A program made the translations under genes and the position numbers. Under the pieces are notes generated by a model that was not told where the DNA came from, did not search any database, and saw only the letters and a program-made list of their open reading frames with translations. From Candidatus Freyarchaeum deiterrae (GTDB lineage Archaea > Asgardarchaeota > Jordiarchaeia > Jordiarchaeales > Jordiarchaeaceae), in assembly GCA_037305845.1 (NCBI GenBank), contig CP147778.1:1760001-1824000 (forward strand): 64,000 nucleotides of DNA, read 5' to 3'. Positions 40,480-53,200 of this stretch are shown piece after piece (position 1 is the stretch's first letter; every line of letters starts with the position of its first letter).

Positions 40480-41532
40480 TTGGCTAAGACTGGTATCATT
40501 TATCATCCAGATTATTTAGAACATGAAACTGGAAATCATCCCGAAAATAAAAAGAGATTAATAGTCACAATGGATTTTTTGAAAGAAAAGGGCGTTTTAG
40601 ATAGACCAGAAATTGAAATGTTCAGCCCTGAAAAGGCACCTACTGAAATAGTTGCTCTAAACCATAGTATGGAGTACATAGAACATGTTAATCACCTCAG
40701 TGAAAGAGGAGGAGGAATGCTCGACCCAGACACTGTTGTTAGCGCTAGAACATTCGAGGTAGCACTCAGAGCTGTTGGAGGGGCATTATTAGGCGCAGAA
40801 AAAATTAAGAAAGGCGAAGTTGAAAACAGTTTTGCATTAGTAAGACCACCAGGACATCACGCAACTTATGATCACGGACATGGTTTTTGTATCTTTAACA
40901 ATATAGCTATCTTATCTAGATATATGCTCAAAAATTGGGGTGTTAAAAGAATTCTTATAGTTGATTTTGATGCCCACCACGGGAATGGCACGCAAGACTC
41001 TTTTTACGACAGCCCGAATGTTTTATACTTCACCTTACAACAATGGGGAATATACCCTGGATCAGGTTGGTACCAAGAAATCGGAGAAAAAGAGGGAAAA
41101 GGATATACCGTAAATGTGCCTCTACCTTGGGGAACCGATGATGAAAGCTATCTTTTTGCTCTCCGAGAATTGCTCTATCCAATAGCGGATCAGTATAATC
41201 CCGAATTTATTCTGGTTTCAGCGGGTTTTGATTCACACTACTCTGACACATTGACATCTATGAATATTAGTTCCGCAGGACATGGAAAAATAATGGAAAC
41301 AATCTTAGACATTGCTAAACAGAAATGCGGTGGTAAAGTTGCAGTGCTTCTCGAAGGAGGATACAGCCTGCCAGCCCTTCCACAAAGCATATTTAACGTG
41401 ATTTCTCGCATGGCAGATTTGGGCGAATTCCTTGAAGATGACCAGCCAAAATCTGAACCAAGAACTAGAGAAGAGGTACAGCGGCTAGTAGACGAAATCA
41501 AGAAAGTATTAAAACCCTATTGGAAATTCTAA
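40480..41532 (+). CDS. Histone deacetylase family protein
   Basis: HPE...R, RPPGHH, GFCIFNN, DFDAHHGNGTQ, SAGFD.H, LEGGY. Confidence 0.95.
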   Translation: MAKTGIIYHPDYLEHETGNHPENKKRLIVTMDFLKEKGVLDRPEIEMFSPEKAPTEIVALNHSMEYIEHVNHLSERGGGMLDPDTVVSARTFEVALRAVGGALLGAEKIKKGEVENSFALVRPPGHHATYDHGHGFCIFNNIAILSRYMLKNWGVKRILIVDFDAHHGNGTQDSFYDSPNVLYFTLQQWGIYPGSGWYQEIGEKEGKGYTVNVPLPWGTDDESYLFALRELLYPIADQYNPEFILVSAGFDSHYSDTLTSMNISSAGHGKIMETILDIAKQKCGGKVAVLLEGGYSLPALPQSIFNVISRMADLGEFLEDDQPKSEPRTREEVQRLVDEIKKVLKPYWKF

Positions 41533-41605
41533 ACTCACGTCTAGGGAAAAAATCATAATAAATACTACTTTATTTAAAATAATCCTCATACTACTACTGT
41601 TTGGC

Positions 41606-43825
41606 TTAGTTAAAATCTTTTAATGATGTTTGCTTATCGGTTGGAAAAATTAAATTCGCATTACCTTCTGTTGTATTATTCAGTTGTTCCTTAATTTTTT
41701 TGGCTAATTCTTTACCTATGGTAGGAATTTTTGATAGCTCTTCAATGTTTACAGAGGCTAAATCCCGAGTGTTCTTCAGGCCAGCATCGTATAATCTTCT
41801 TGCTCTAATTCGCCCTATTCCAACGAGTTTTACAAGGTCTAATAGTTCTTCTTTCACTCCGTAATTTATTCTTGTTCTAATGCGTCGGATATAGGAGAAT
41901 TCCTCCTTAATATTTAATAGCTTTGCAATTTCGTACGTGGAGTAGAGCAACCAATCTGCTGTTTCAACAAACCTAAATATGTCACCTGAACCCACCCCAA
42001 ATTGTGAAATAATCTGATCCTCCGAAGCTTCGCTAATCCATCTATCAAGCAAATAAGTCATCTTCAATTCGGATAAAAACCATTCATACTCCCCTGGATC
42101 ATCCCCTTCATTTGGCGGAATTATACGAAGTTCAAATTTATGTTCATCAGCAAAAAAACTCAATTCCTTGTAATCTTTTCTCCCAAGATAGAGACGCGGC
42201 ATATCAGACGTATGGGAAATTAGATGTAAATAGCCAATATCCGCTGGTTGCTCTACATTTGCCTTTAGACCATCTCTAATTATAACCGCTGACATGGGGT
42301 CAATGTAGAGTTCCGATATTCTTCTACCAAAGGGTGTGGCAACTAAAATATTTTTTTCAGGCTCTATCATCCCCTCTGATACCAAAAAAGTAAGGATACC
42401 ATCCAGAATCATTTCAATAAAATCTGAACCGAACTGATGAGCATAGAAGGTGTTCTCCATAAACGCCATTATACCTTTACGGTTGTTAGCATAATTCGAA
42501 GCAATCGTAGCAAGTATCTGCGTTCTGAGAAAAGACTCTGATGCTAATTTTGATTCAATAATTTCTGGAGCGCCCTTAATGTACCTCTCCATAAGTATAT
42601 TCTCCTCCCCCGCACTCTTGGCTATAAGAACAGACTCTCCCTCAATGTCGTATTTCGGTCTTCCTGCCCTACCAGCCATTTGCTTATACTCTAGAACCGG
42701 AATCAGTCTATACCCAAAATTAGAATCATATCTTCTATAATTTCTAATAATCACTCTTCTAGCAGGAAGGTTAACCCCGGCAGCTAAAGTAGGGGTTGCA
42801 CAAACCACTTTAATCAAATTATTTTTAAAATTCTCCTCAACCACCTTTCTTTGATTATAATTAAGCCCAGCATGATGAAAAGCCACCCCACCTTCAATGC
42901 AAGACGCTAACTGCTTAGAAATTTGTGTAAGTTCTCCACCATGAAGCAGCTCCCGCGCCAGGAGCTTAAGCCTCTTTTTCTCAACATTACTCAGGTAACT
43001 GGATAAAATACTGGAAACGCGGCTCGCAATGGAAACAGCATTTCTTCTTGTAGAATCAAATATTAAAGCCTGCCCTCTGTTCTTTATGGTATCAACCGCT
43101 AAACAAATTGAATATTCCGGATCTATTAAAGGGACACTTTGAGAACTACCATCCAAGTAACTAATAACTCCATTATGAAGCACCCCCTCTTTTAGAATTA
43201 CTGGCCTCCAATCACTTAAGACTAATTCTGCCTCCAACCATTCCGCAAGTTGATTCGCATTGCTTATTGTTGCACTAAGAGCAATAATCTGCGCGGTAGG
43301 ATTTATCTGTCGCAAACGTGCAAGAACCACTTCAAGTGTCGGTCCACGATCAGTGGAATTAATCAGGTGAATTTCATCAGCAATAATTACTGTAATTTTA
43401 GAAATCCAATCCGCGTGATGCCTCAGAAGAGAATCCGCTTTCTCGTTAGTACAGACTAAAATATCATATCTGCCAAGTTCGGAACCCGAAGAATCAAGAT
43501 CTCCTGTAGACAAACCAACTCTTATTCCAAGGCTTTCCCATTTCTTAAATTCTTCAAATTTTTCGCTGGCGAGGGCACGTAAAGGTACAAGATAGATGGC
43601 TTTACCTTTATTTAATATGCTCTTAATCATACATAATTCTGCGATTAGTGTTTTTCCGGAAGCTGTAGGAATAGCCAAAACTAGATTCACGTTATTCAAA
43701 ACACCTGCTCTAACAGCATCCTCCTGGGGAGGATAAAGAGATTTATAGCCCAACTCGACCAAAATTTTTTTAACAGCCTCTGAAATATCTAGATCTTCTA
43801 TAAGCAAAATACAACCCTCAGGCAA
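41606..43825 (-). CDS. hel308: Ski2-like DNA helicase Hel308/Hjm
   Basis: PTASGKT, DEIH, SAT, FHHAGL, TPTLAAGVNLPA, QMAGRAGRP, C-terminal HhH. Confidence 0.95.
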   Translation of the reverse strand: MPEGCILLIEDLDISEAVKKILVELGYKSLYPPQEDAVRAGVLNNVNLVLAIPTASGKTLIAELCMIKSILNKGKAIYLVPLRALASEKFEEFKKWESLGIRVGLSTGDLDSSGSELGRYDILVCTNEKADSLLRHHADWISKITVIIADEIHLINSTDRGPTLEVVLARLRQINPTAQIIALSATISNANQLAEWLEAELVLSDWRPVILKEGVLHNGVISYLDGSSQSVPLIDPEYSICLAVDTIKNRGQALIFDSTRRNAVSIASRVSSILSSYLSNVEKKRLKLLARELLHGGELTQISKQLASCIEGGVAFHHAGLNYNQRKVVEENFKNNLIKVVCATPTLAAGVNLPARRVIIRNYRRYDSNFGYRLIPVLEYKQMAGRAGRPKYDIEGESVLIAKSAGEENILMERYIKGAPEIIESKLASESFLRTQILATIASNYANNRKGIMAFMENTFYAHQFGSDFIEMILDGILTFLVSEGMIEPEKNILVATPFGRRISELYIDPMSAVIIRDGLKANVEQPADIGYLHLISHTSDMPRLYLGRKDYKELSFFADEHKFELRIIPPNEGDDPGEYEWFLSELKMTYLLDRWISEASEDQIISQFGVGSGDIFRFVETADWLLYSTYEIAKLLNIKEEFSYIRRIRTRINYGVKEELLDLVKLVGIGRIRARRLYDAGLKNTRDLASVNIEELSKIPTIGKELAKKIKEQLNNTTEGNANLIFPTDKQTSLKDFN

Positions 43826-44119
43826 GCCAACAAATTAAACTAACCATAACCATATAAATATCATTTTTCGAAGCAAGTATTTAACGAAATCATCTTAAAC
43901 TATCTATTAGAAATTATAAACTGAACGCTCAAAATCATAACACAATCTCAATTACAAAGTAAAGCCTTTATAATTTAAAAAACATTAAAATTTTCCTAAA
44001 ACAGCACAAATACAGGCATAAAAACAAGGATTGCTGTTACGAAAGCAAAAAATTTATCTAATATTAACTGCAACTAACTACCACAACTCTTTGCGTCAAA
44101 TCCATAAAAATAAAGGTAT

Positions 44120-44286
44120 GGGCCCGTAGCTCAGAGGAATAAACTAATACTTCCGAGAAACCTGGTAGAGCGACAGAATTCTGCCAGAAAATCGTCGAAG
44201 CTCATATGTAACGCTGAGAAACCTGTTGGTCCAGGGTTCGAAAGAGCTTTATCAGTAAAGCTCCGAACATCCCTGCGGGCCCACCA
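44120..44286 (+). tRNA. tRNA-Ile2(CAU) with four BHB introns (15/16: 44135-44160; 30/31: 44177-44199; 37/38: 44207-44220; 59/60: 44243-44269), CCA encoded
   Basis: Spliced 77 nt: GGGCCCGTAGCTCAGCCTGGTAGAGCGACAGGCTCATAACCTGTTGGTCCAGGGTTCGAATCCCTGCGGGCCCACCA. The GGGCCC acceptor is typical of archaeal Ile rather than Met tRNAs. Confidence 0.88.
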
Positions 44287-44629
44287 CCACTAAAATAACA
44301 CAATTCAATAATCATTATTAAGCTCGCACAAAAATAATACTGCTTCACTTTTTAAAACAAATATTTCATACCCTCTTAAACCACTTTATCTTTACTCAAT
44401 CACCCCATAACATCCGCATTATGTTCTTCCATACTATTGCTTGCGGTTGAAATTTAGCGGTTAAGCAAAGCCTACTACCACATTCAAAGTAAACTAGGCC
44501 ACAAAATTCAAATCAGACTTTCACATTTTTTGATACCTTCTTTCACCTATCAGATTCACCCCAAACAAAGTATAAGCCGCTAAATCCATCAATTAAATCC
44601 CTCAACTCAAAAATTTATCATTTCCAAAA

Positions 44630-44647
44630 CCGAAAAAGTTATATTAA
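44630..44647 (+). promoter_or_regulatory. Putative BRE-TATA promoter of the 16S rRNA transcript
   Basis: CCGAAAAAG-TTATATTA, about 250 nt upstream of the 16S, followed by a hairpin-rich leader. Confidence 0.55.
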
Positions 44648-44840
44648 CACAATCCGAAGGCATAAGTGCGGAAAATTATCCGTGAAATAGCCATAGCAAC
44701 CGGCGTCAATCCAGAAAAAGGGTCAAAGACCAAATATGAAGGATTGAAAATATTCCGCTATGGAAAAAATCAAATAAATGCGGATTTGAATAACTGGGCG
44801 TGCAAACGTCTGAAAGATTCATGATCCTAGAAAGGCTCAT

Positions 44841-46567
<1,727 letters not shown>

Positions 46568-46739
46568 TGGGCTTTCTTTTGTTCTATTGTTTTTTTCTTT
46601 AATGGGTTTGTTTTTTCTGTCTGTAATTTTTTCCGTGTTTGTCCTCTTGTTCTCGAAATTTTCACTCGAATTTTTTAATAAGTGCAAATCACAACATCAA
46701 AACAAAAAAGGGAAAAAGAAGTTTTAAACCTCGTCGTTT

Positions 46740-48182
46740 CTAGGTTCCACGCCTAGACCGCAAGAAGACAATAGTGCCTAACACTACCACAGCGGCTAAG
46801 AGACCACCGCCTATTAAAAGCGGCAAGCTAAGTCCAGTACCAGACTGACCAAGCACCATAGCCAGAAGAGGCAGAGGTGAAATACTGGCAGAAGAAAGGT
46901 TTCCAACTCGGAAGTAAACACCTAAGCCACTACCATCCTGACCCAAGCTCTCCCAAGCTACCACGAAGGACCCATTCTCAAGGCATTGAACTGAAGGATA
47001 CTCTTGACGGTCATTGATGTATTCGTTCACATGAACCTCGTCGGTAAAACTTTGCCCCATTGAGTTGAAGACCCTACAGTAAATACCGTCGTTAGCTTCA
47101 CCATAACCTTCCTGAAGCCAACTACTCCATACAACGATGTAGCCTGAATTATTAGAGAAACAGCATACAGAAGGCATCCTCTGATGGGCCGAGGTGTAGG
47201 TATTCACTTGAATATCGCCAGTCAGGGCATTACCCGCAGAGTTGAATAACCTAGTGTAAACCCCTTCGGCACTTCCGTCAGGGCTCTCCCAAGCCATAAC
47301 GAAGGCTCCATTAGAGAAACAATAGACAGTAGCATGATTTTGAGAGTACTCTATGTTAACAGGTGCGAGAATATCATTGGTCTGATTATTTCCCGAAGAG
47401 TCGAAAATTTTAAAGTAAACATCCCACCAGTTATAGACATCCTGATTATCCCACACTACAACAAAGGATTCATTACCGACACAGCAGACATTCGCATTTT
47501 CTTGTTCGAAGGCGGTTTCAGTGTTCACCTGTATGTCATCGGTTAGATTGTTGCCCGTAGAGTCAAAAACCTTGATATAAACACTGTCATCATCTATCTG
47601 ACCAGCACCTTCCCAAGCTACAACGAACCCATCGTTATCGAAACAGTATACAGAAGCAAAATTTTGCCTGTTTGCGGTGTAGCCATTCACCCGAACGTCA
47701 TCGGTAGTGTTGTCACCGGCAGAGTTGAAAAGCTTAAAATAAACGTCGGCGTTACCAGTTTGATTGCTGTCCCATGCTACAACGAAGGAGCCATTAGAAC
47801 GAGTGGACAAAGAGGGATTTGCCTGATTATTTGAGGTGTTACCGTTCACTCTTATATCTTCAGTCAAGTTATTACCTGTGGAGTCAAAAATTTTGAAGTA
47901 AACATCCAAGTCTCCAGTCTGATTGCTATGCCAAGCGATTACGAAGGAACCGTCGGAACGACTGCGGAGAGAAAGACTCGCTTGGTCATTTGTGGTGTTA
48001 GTGTTTACACGAGTTTCGTTCCCCCATACCACAATCAAACCCTTAGAAGTCGACTGCTGAACAGTAATTGTATGAGTTAATGACCACATTGGTGTCGGAG
48101 TGTTTTTCACTGTTAGTGCCACCGTGGTTAGACTCAGAGTGAGAGCCACCAGAATTAGAGCAAAAACCGTTTTTTTCTTAAT
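46740..48182 (-). CDS. Secreted, membrane-anchored repeat protein (about 7 repeats of ~54 aa, probable beta-propeller)
   Basis: Repeats VN..T...Q..(P/A).V....G.FVV.W.......VY.K.F.S.G; C-terminal TM plus RSRR. Start extended to ATT 48182 (see findings); ORF track starts at 48149. Confidence 0.82.
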   Translation of the reverse strand: MKKKTVFALILVALTLSLTTVALTVKNTPTPMWSLTHTITVQQSTSKGLIVVWGNETRVNTNTTNDQASLSLRSRSDGSFVIAWHSNQTGDLDVYFKIFDSTGNNLTEDIRVNGNTSNNQANPSLSTRSNGSFVVAWDSNQTGNADVYFKLFNSAGDNTTDDVRVNGYTANRQNFASVYCFDNDGFVVAWEGAGQIDDDSVYIKVFDSTGNNLTDDIQVNTETAFEQENANVCCVGNESFVVVWDNQDVYNWWDVYFKIFDSSGNNQTNDILAPVNIEYSQNHATVYCFSNGAFVMAWESPDGSAEGVYTRLFNSAGNALTGDIQVNTYTSAHQRMPSVCCFSNNSGYIVVWSSWLQEGYGEANDGIYCRVFNSMGQSFTDEVHVNEYINDRQEYPSVQCLENGSFVVAWESLGQDGSGLGVYFRVGNLSSASISPLPLLAMVLGQSGTGLSLPLLIGGGLLAAVVVLGTIVFLRSRRGT

Positions 48183-48827
48183 CCGTATTCCTCCTCATAC
48201 TTGTGAACTCATTATCTTAAATTATCACAACTCCTCTCTTCACGAAAATTACACTAACCTATCTCAATCTCAGAATTGTTTTAGTATAAAAATTTAATGC
48301 AAGCATCATATACTGCTTTAACACTATTTCATAAAAACCTCCCACCAACAATAGAATAAAACATGAATTTCAATAATCGGAGACTTTCACCCATTTTTCT
48401 AACAGGAGAATCTATCCCCCAAAATATGTAATTTTTTTACACATTTTTACATATTTTTTGCAAACGATAGTTAAACAACGGATAACCCGCCTCCTTATAC
48501 TAAAAGAAAAAAATCTCATAAAACTCTAAAATGGAAACCAAAGATAAAAACGAGATAAATGGAAAAAAACAGCAAAAAACGGAAAAAAATAATGAAAAAA
48601 AGGCTTTAAAAACCTCCAAATCAAACAAAAACCCCCCAAAAAAACAAGCATACGCCTTTATAAAGGAAAACGCCACCAGAAAACCACTTGGATGCGGCGC
48701 AAAAATCACCTCAATAGACTTTCTCACGAAATAACAAAAATCAATACATAAAATTGTTAAAACAGCGCCGCATCACCAAACAAACAACCAATATGAGAAT
48801 CAAAAAAATGGAGGGAGGCGAACCCTT

Positions 48828-49430
48828 TTGCTCAGCACCATGAAAATGGCGGAAAGATGGGCAGCAGCCACCATAGCACTGCTCGCGGTAAGCATCATCA
48901 CGCTGGCCTACCACTCCACAAAGGTATACTGGTACACCAGCCTAACACTAGCACTGACGCTGGGGCCCACGCCCACGGGAATCCTCAGTCTCGCAGTCCT
49001 TAGCGCCTACCCGGCGGAATTCAGCATAGGGGTAAACGCAGGCATCTTCGCGGGATTCTGGTACAAACTCTTACTGGACCTAGCCTACCTGGCACCCGTA
49101 GGAGTAGCCCTCTTCACAAGCCTAGTCGTCACCCTGTGCTACTCCCTGAGAGAGTTCCCAGGCTGCGAAACAGCCGACGGCATAGTAAAGAGAATAAACC
49201 AGATAATAACTCTGGGCGAAGAACGAGACCAGATGGAAGCAACCCTAGCCCTGATCGTGATACCCTGCATACTAATGAGCATCCAAACCTACGTCTACGC
49301 TCTAACACCGGTAACAAACCCCCTAAACCCCCTAATCCTAGTCATAATCCTCGCACTAAACCTGCTGACCACGTACAATTTCGGCACAAGCATAGGACGC
49401 ATCATACAACGTGAAGAAGTAATACGCTAA
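48828..49430 (+). CDS. Integral membrane protein of unknown function
   Basis: About 6 hydrophobic segments; GGAGGGAGG SD; TTTATAAA box near 48657. Confidence 0.72.
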   Translation: MLSTMKMAERWAAATIALLAVSIITLAYHSTKVYWYTSLTLALTLGPTPTGILSLAVLSAYPAEFSIGVNAGIFAGFWYKLLLDLAYLAPVGVALFTSLVVTLCYSLREFPGCETADGIVKRINQIITLGEERDQMEATLALIVIPCILMSIQTYVYALTPVTNPLNPLILVIILALNLLTTYNFGTSIGRIIQREEVIR

Positions 49431-49968
49431 AAGGTGGATTTGCAATGAAGACGGGAAAAAGAACATGCTACAGCGTTTAATCTACAAACCATTCCCAAAC
49501 CCGCACAAAACCATAAAACAAGATGATTCGGAGTAAGCGGGGACAATAAATACCCCCATAACAAGAAAAACTAAAATGATGCTGAGGTACCAGGTTCTCA
49601 TGGGACATATATTTAGTACCTGAGATGCCTGTTCTGCTGGCGCGCTTGCCTGGTACCTTAGCGACCAATTCTCCTATACAAGCGGGTCTGGTTCAAAACT
49701 TGTTTCATCCGAAGCGTTAAAACTATTTTTCCTGAGGTCTGTAACCGCTTCCCGATTCAACACCTTTAAGAAAGAGCTTTTATCCGAAATATAATAAATC
49801 TTCCGATTTTTCATACCACTCTCAAATCTTACATAAATGAGAGCAGGGAAGACCTTCACACACGCCCAAAACCTGTTTGAACTTTTCCAATTAGGCTCTC
49901 TTCAGTCTCTGCAAGTGCCAAACTCTTTCGAAAAATTCAGGCTCAAAAGAGATCTGCCCTCCTATAAA

Positions 49969-49986
49969 CCAAAAAGTTTATAATAA
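49969..49986 (+). promoter_or_regulatory. Putative BRE-TATA promoter of the giant ORF
   Basis: CCAAAAAG-TTTATAATAA, same layout as the rRNA and tRNA promoters. Confidence 0.55.
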
Positions 49987-50227
49987 AGATAAACGGAAAA
50001 AGTACAAGCGCGTCGACAGGGGATAAAAGGTACACTAAATATCACACCATGTGCCGTAAGGCACACAAACCAACTCAAATTAACTTAACTCGGTTCGTAA
50101 AGAACTGCTTGAATAAATGAATAAATGCGAGGAGCTTATTTGAGGAGGCTGGATGGGTAGTGAGCGTACCCGGGTTTGGAGGATATCGAGTTAACAATCG
50201 TGGGAGGATGCTACCATAGGGGCCATC

Positions 50228-53200
50228 ATGTGCGTATTCCTGATCGCACTCTTCATAGGTGCGGACGCCCAGCAGATGCAAGCGGTCCAACAGCAGATAG
50301 ACGACATCCTCCACTACGTGAACATGCCCGATATACAGCAGGCGGAAAGAGACGGAAACATCACCCACTCTCTCAACATTTTCTTCCAAGGACAAGCAAT
50401 AGGACTATACGAAGGAGGATGGCCCTGGGGACACGGCTACGAAGCCGACGTGTGGGATTCCGACTATGAAAAGACCAACCCTGGCCACGTCTACGTCTAT
50501 AATAACACCAAGAATATAGGAGGCCGAAGAACCCTCTACTTCGAAATAATAAGTTACCCATACTACGACATAAACAGCCTCCCCGACGGCTTGGTGCGCG
50601 AACTGTGCGGTAACTACACAGACCCCCTAGCCAAACCTGAACCGCTGGTAATCTACTGCCAGTACGATGATGAGAAGGTTCCCTGGGCTGGCGACAAAAC
50701 CTCGCTCTCCACGTTTCTGGGAAGAATGCTTCTACTCTCCAAGCTCAGGCACATAGACTACAGCAGCCCCATAGACCTAGCGGAGCAGTGGTCCAATTAT
50801 CTGGATAGGTATCAGTTCGACTTCAACGATCTGGACTACATATATCGGAACTTTCCTCTGGTATTGCAGAATCCCTGGTTATGGCTCCAAAGCGGCTCCA
50901 GCCTGAACAGTTTAATGGAGCTTGTAGGCTCCGGTGTAAAGCTGAGTGATTTCAGCTTCGTGAGCGGCGATAACCCGCTATTCAATTTTCTGAACTCCGT
51001 TTGGGGGGCGGAGGAGTACCACTCCCTCTGGGAGGCGGCTTTTAACCAAACCAACGCCTGGCAGCTAGTACGCTACAACGATACCTTTGTACCTCTGCCA
51101 TACTTGGTAACCTACACCCACATCTTGGACGAGATGGGTGTTCTCGACCTGTTTGGCGAATCGGGCTCCGAACTCTACGGCGCGTATAATAATTGGGGCC
51201 TCAATCTGAACGGTTCCAACTCTTTGTATAGTTACGAGTTCATCCTGAGCAGTATCTTTGATTCACGGGCGGAAAGCCTTCTAATTGATAGCTGTAGCAA
51301 CGCCTCAATGTGGAACGCAACCGGGGAGAACGCTACCCTATCCACAGACGGCTACAGCGTAACAGTAAGCGTTATGGGCAACCACTCAAACACCACCACC
51401 CTCAGCCACAATTTAGCTCAGCCCGTAGACCTCTCCCCTTATGACAGCTTGCTTCTGTGGTTCAATATGATTAACGCCACTAGAAGCAACTTCGCAACCC
51501 TCAAGATTACTCTGTATGATGGGGAGGGAGACTGGAGGGAATACTCCACCTGGGCTTACGATACCTCTGACAGGTGGGAGAGAATAACACTGGACTTGGA
51601 TGAACCTGACCTTCAGAGTGGAAGCTTCGGCTCCCTGACCAATATCACTATTACCGCCACCCTCAACCAAATCCTCAATTACAGCCTCTCAATTGATGAT
51701 GTTCGCGTCAATTCTCATATATTGGGTGAGTGCCTCTGGGACACAGATTGGTCGCATCAACTGGTTAATGGGACTGGAGACCTCAACATCGCGGTTTACG
51801 GCTTCCCCTACGTTTACGACTACTATCCATACAGCCTCGGTCTCGAGTGGAACTTGTCCAGTTCAAACGGCTCCGCCGCTTACGTTTATGATCCTCAAGG
51901 GGTCTGGAGCCTTGATTCCCAGAGCTTCCTAACCTTCATGCTCTACGGCTTTGGGACCGAGGATCAGAACGCCAGCCTCAAGGTACGCCTGTGCATCGAT
52001 GAAAACAACTCTCTGGACTACTCTCTGGGAAAGGTGGACTGGTACGGTTGGAGAAAAGTAGTCATCCCCCTAAGCCTGATGAATGAGACTGGAAACGAGA
52101 ATCTCTCCAGCGTGGACTACCTCAAATTTGAACTCGGCGAAATGAGTAACGGCACAGGAATGCTGGTTGTGAGCGATGCGGAATTGGACTCCGCTCAATG
52201 GGCTAAGGTGGAGTTCGTGGTTCCTGATACGGTGCGCGATGCGGACGGTGACAACCACCCCAGCATAAGTCTGGACTGCTGGAATGGAGCAGAGTGGGTT
52301 ACAGTGGGGCAGTGGGATGCGGACGATTCAAACAGCACTATAGCACAAGAAACACTGTGGGGCAATCTAACATATCTGGACGGCACCCCTTCGAGTGACC
52401 TCTTCTCAGGTCAGAGTCTATGCTTGTATCCTGTGGGCACTGGATCTCAGAATCCCTACTCAGGTTTTGCTGGAGACATAAACTATACTACGGCGGAGGA
52501 CTCTGCGGGCTTTGCTGTACTGCTGCCTTCTCCCTCTCAAGAAAACCTGAGCAGTGTCCTGTTCAGGGTGGAGGTGTGCTTTGATGACTCAAACTATTAT
52601 GTTAACACTCGGGATTATCCGCTCGCCTTCTTTTACTTTAACTCCTCTTTCACCAACATGAGCCTGAAGGCTAACGATACTGAAATGGCCGAGCATGAAC
52701 TGTTTTACGGTAACGGTTCCACGGTTCTCTTCCTCGACTTGGAGGCCGCTCTGGATAACGTGAACCTCAAGGAGTTTCGAGCAGACGCTGGAAATGTAAC
52801 CCTAACCTCAGCCTTTTTCAGTTGTTTGGATGATTGGACGGTGGACAGCCTGAACTCCACCGTTTTTGTGGCGGGTGGTGAGGAGGAAGGAGGAGTCTTC
52901 GTTCAGGGCTCGGAACACCTCTATCTAAACTACACCTTCTCACCCGAACTCAGCATAAGCTATGATAATGCTTATGTTGATGTGGTTTACTCCAGCTCCT
53001 ACAGCAGCAGTAGTGAGCAAAACCAGACGAACCTCGCCCTTTGGGTAAGGGTTGATGATAACTGGCTGAATTACAGCCTGCCCAACGACGCGGAATCCAA
53101 GAGGATTCGAATCCCACTCAACGGCACCCACATGGAAGAAATATGCTTTGAGCACACTACAAATAATACTACTACCGACTGGTTCAAAGTTGAATCCCTA

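Noticed and set aside
50170-50215. A BHB mRNA intron that would remove the in-frame TAA
   Set aside because: No 4-bp central helix with 3-nt bulges could be drawn. TAA is also not a Sec or Pyl codon.
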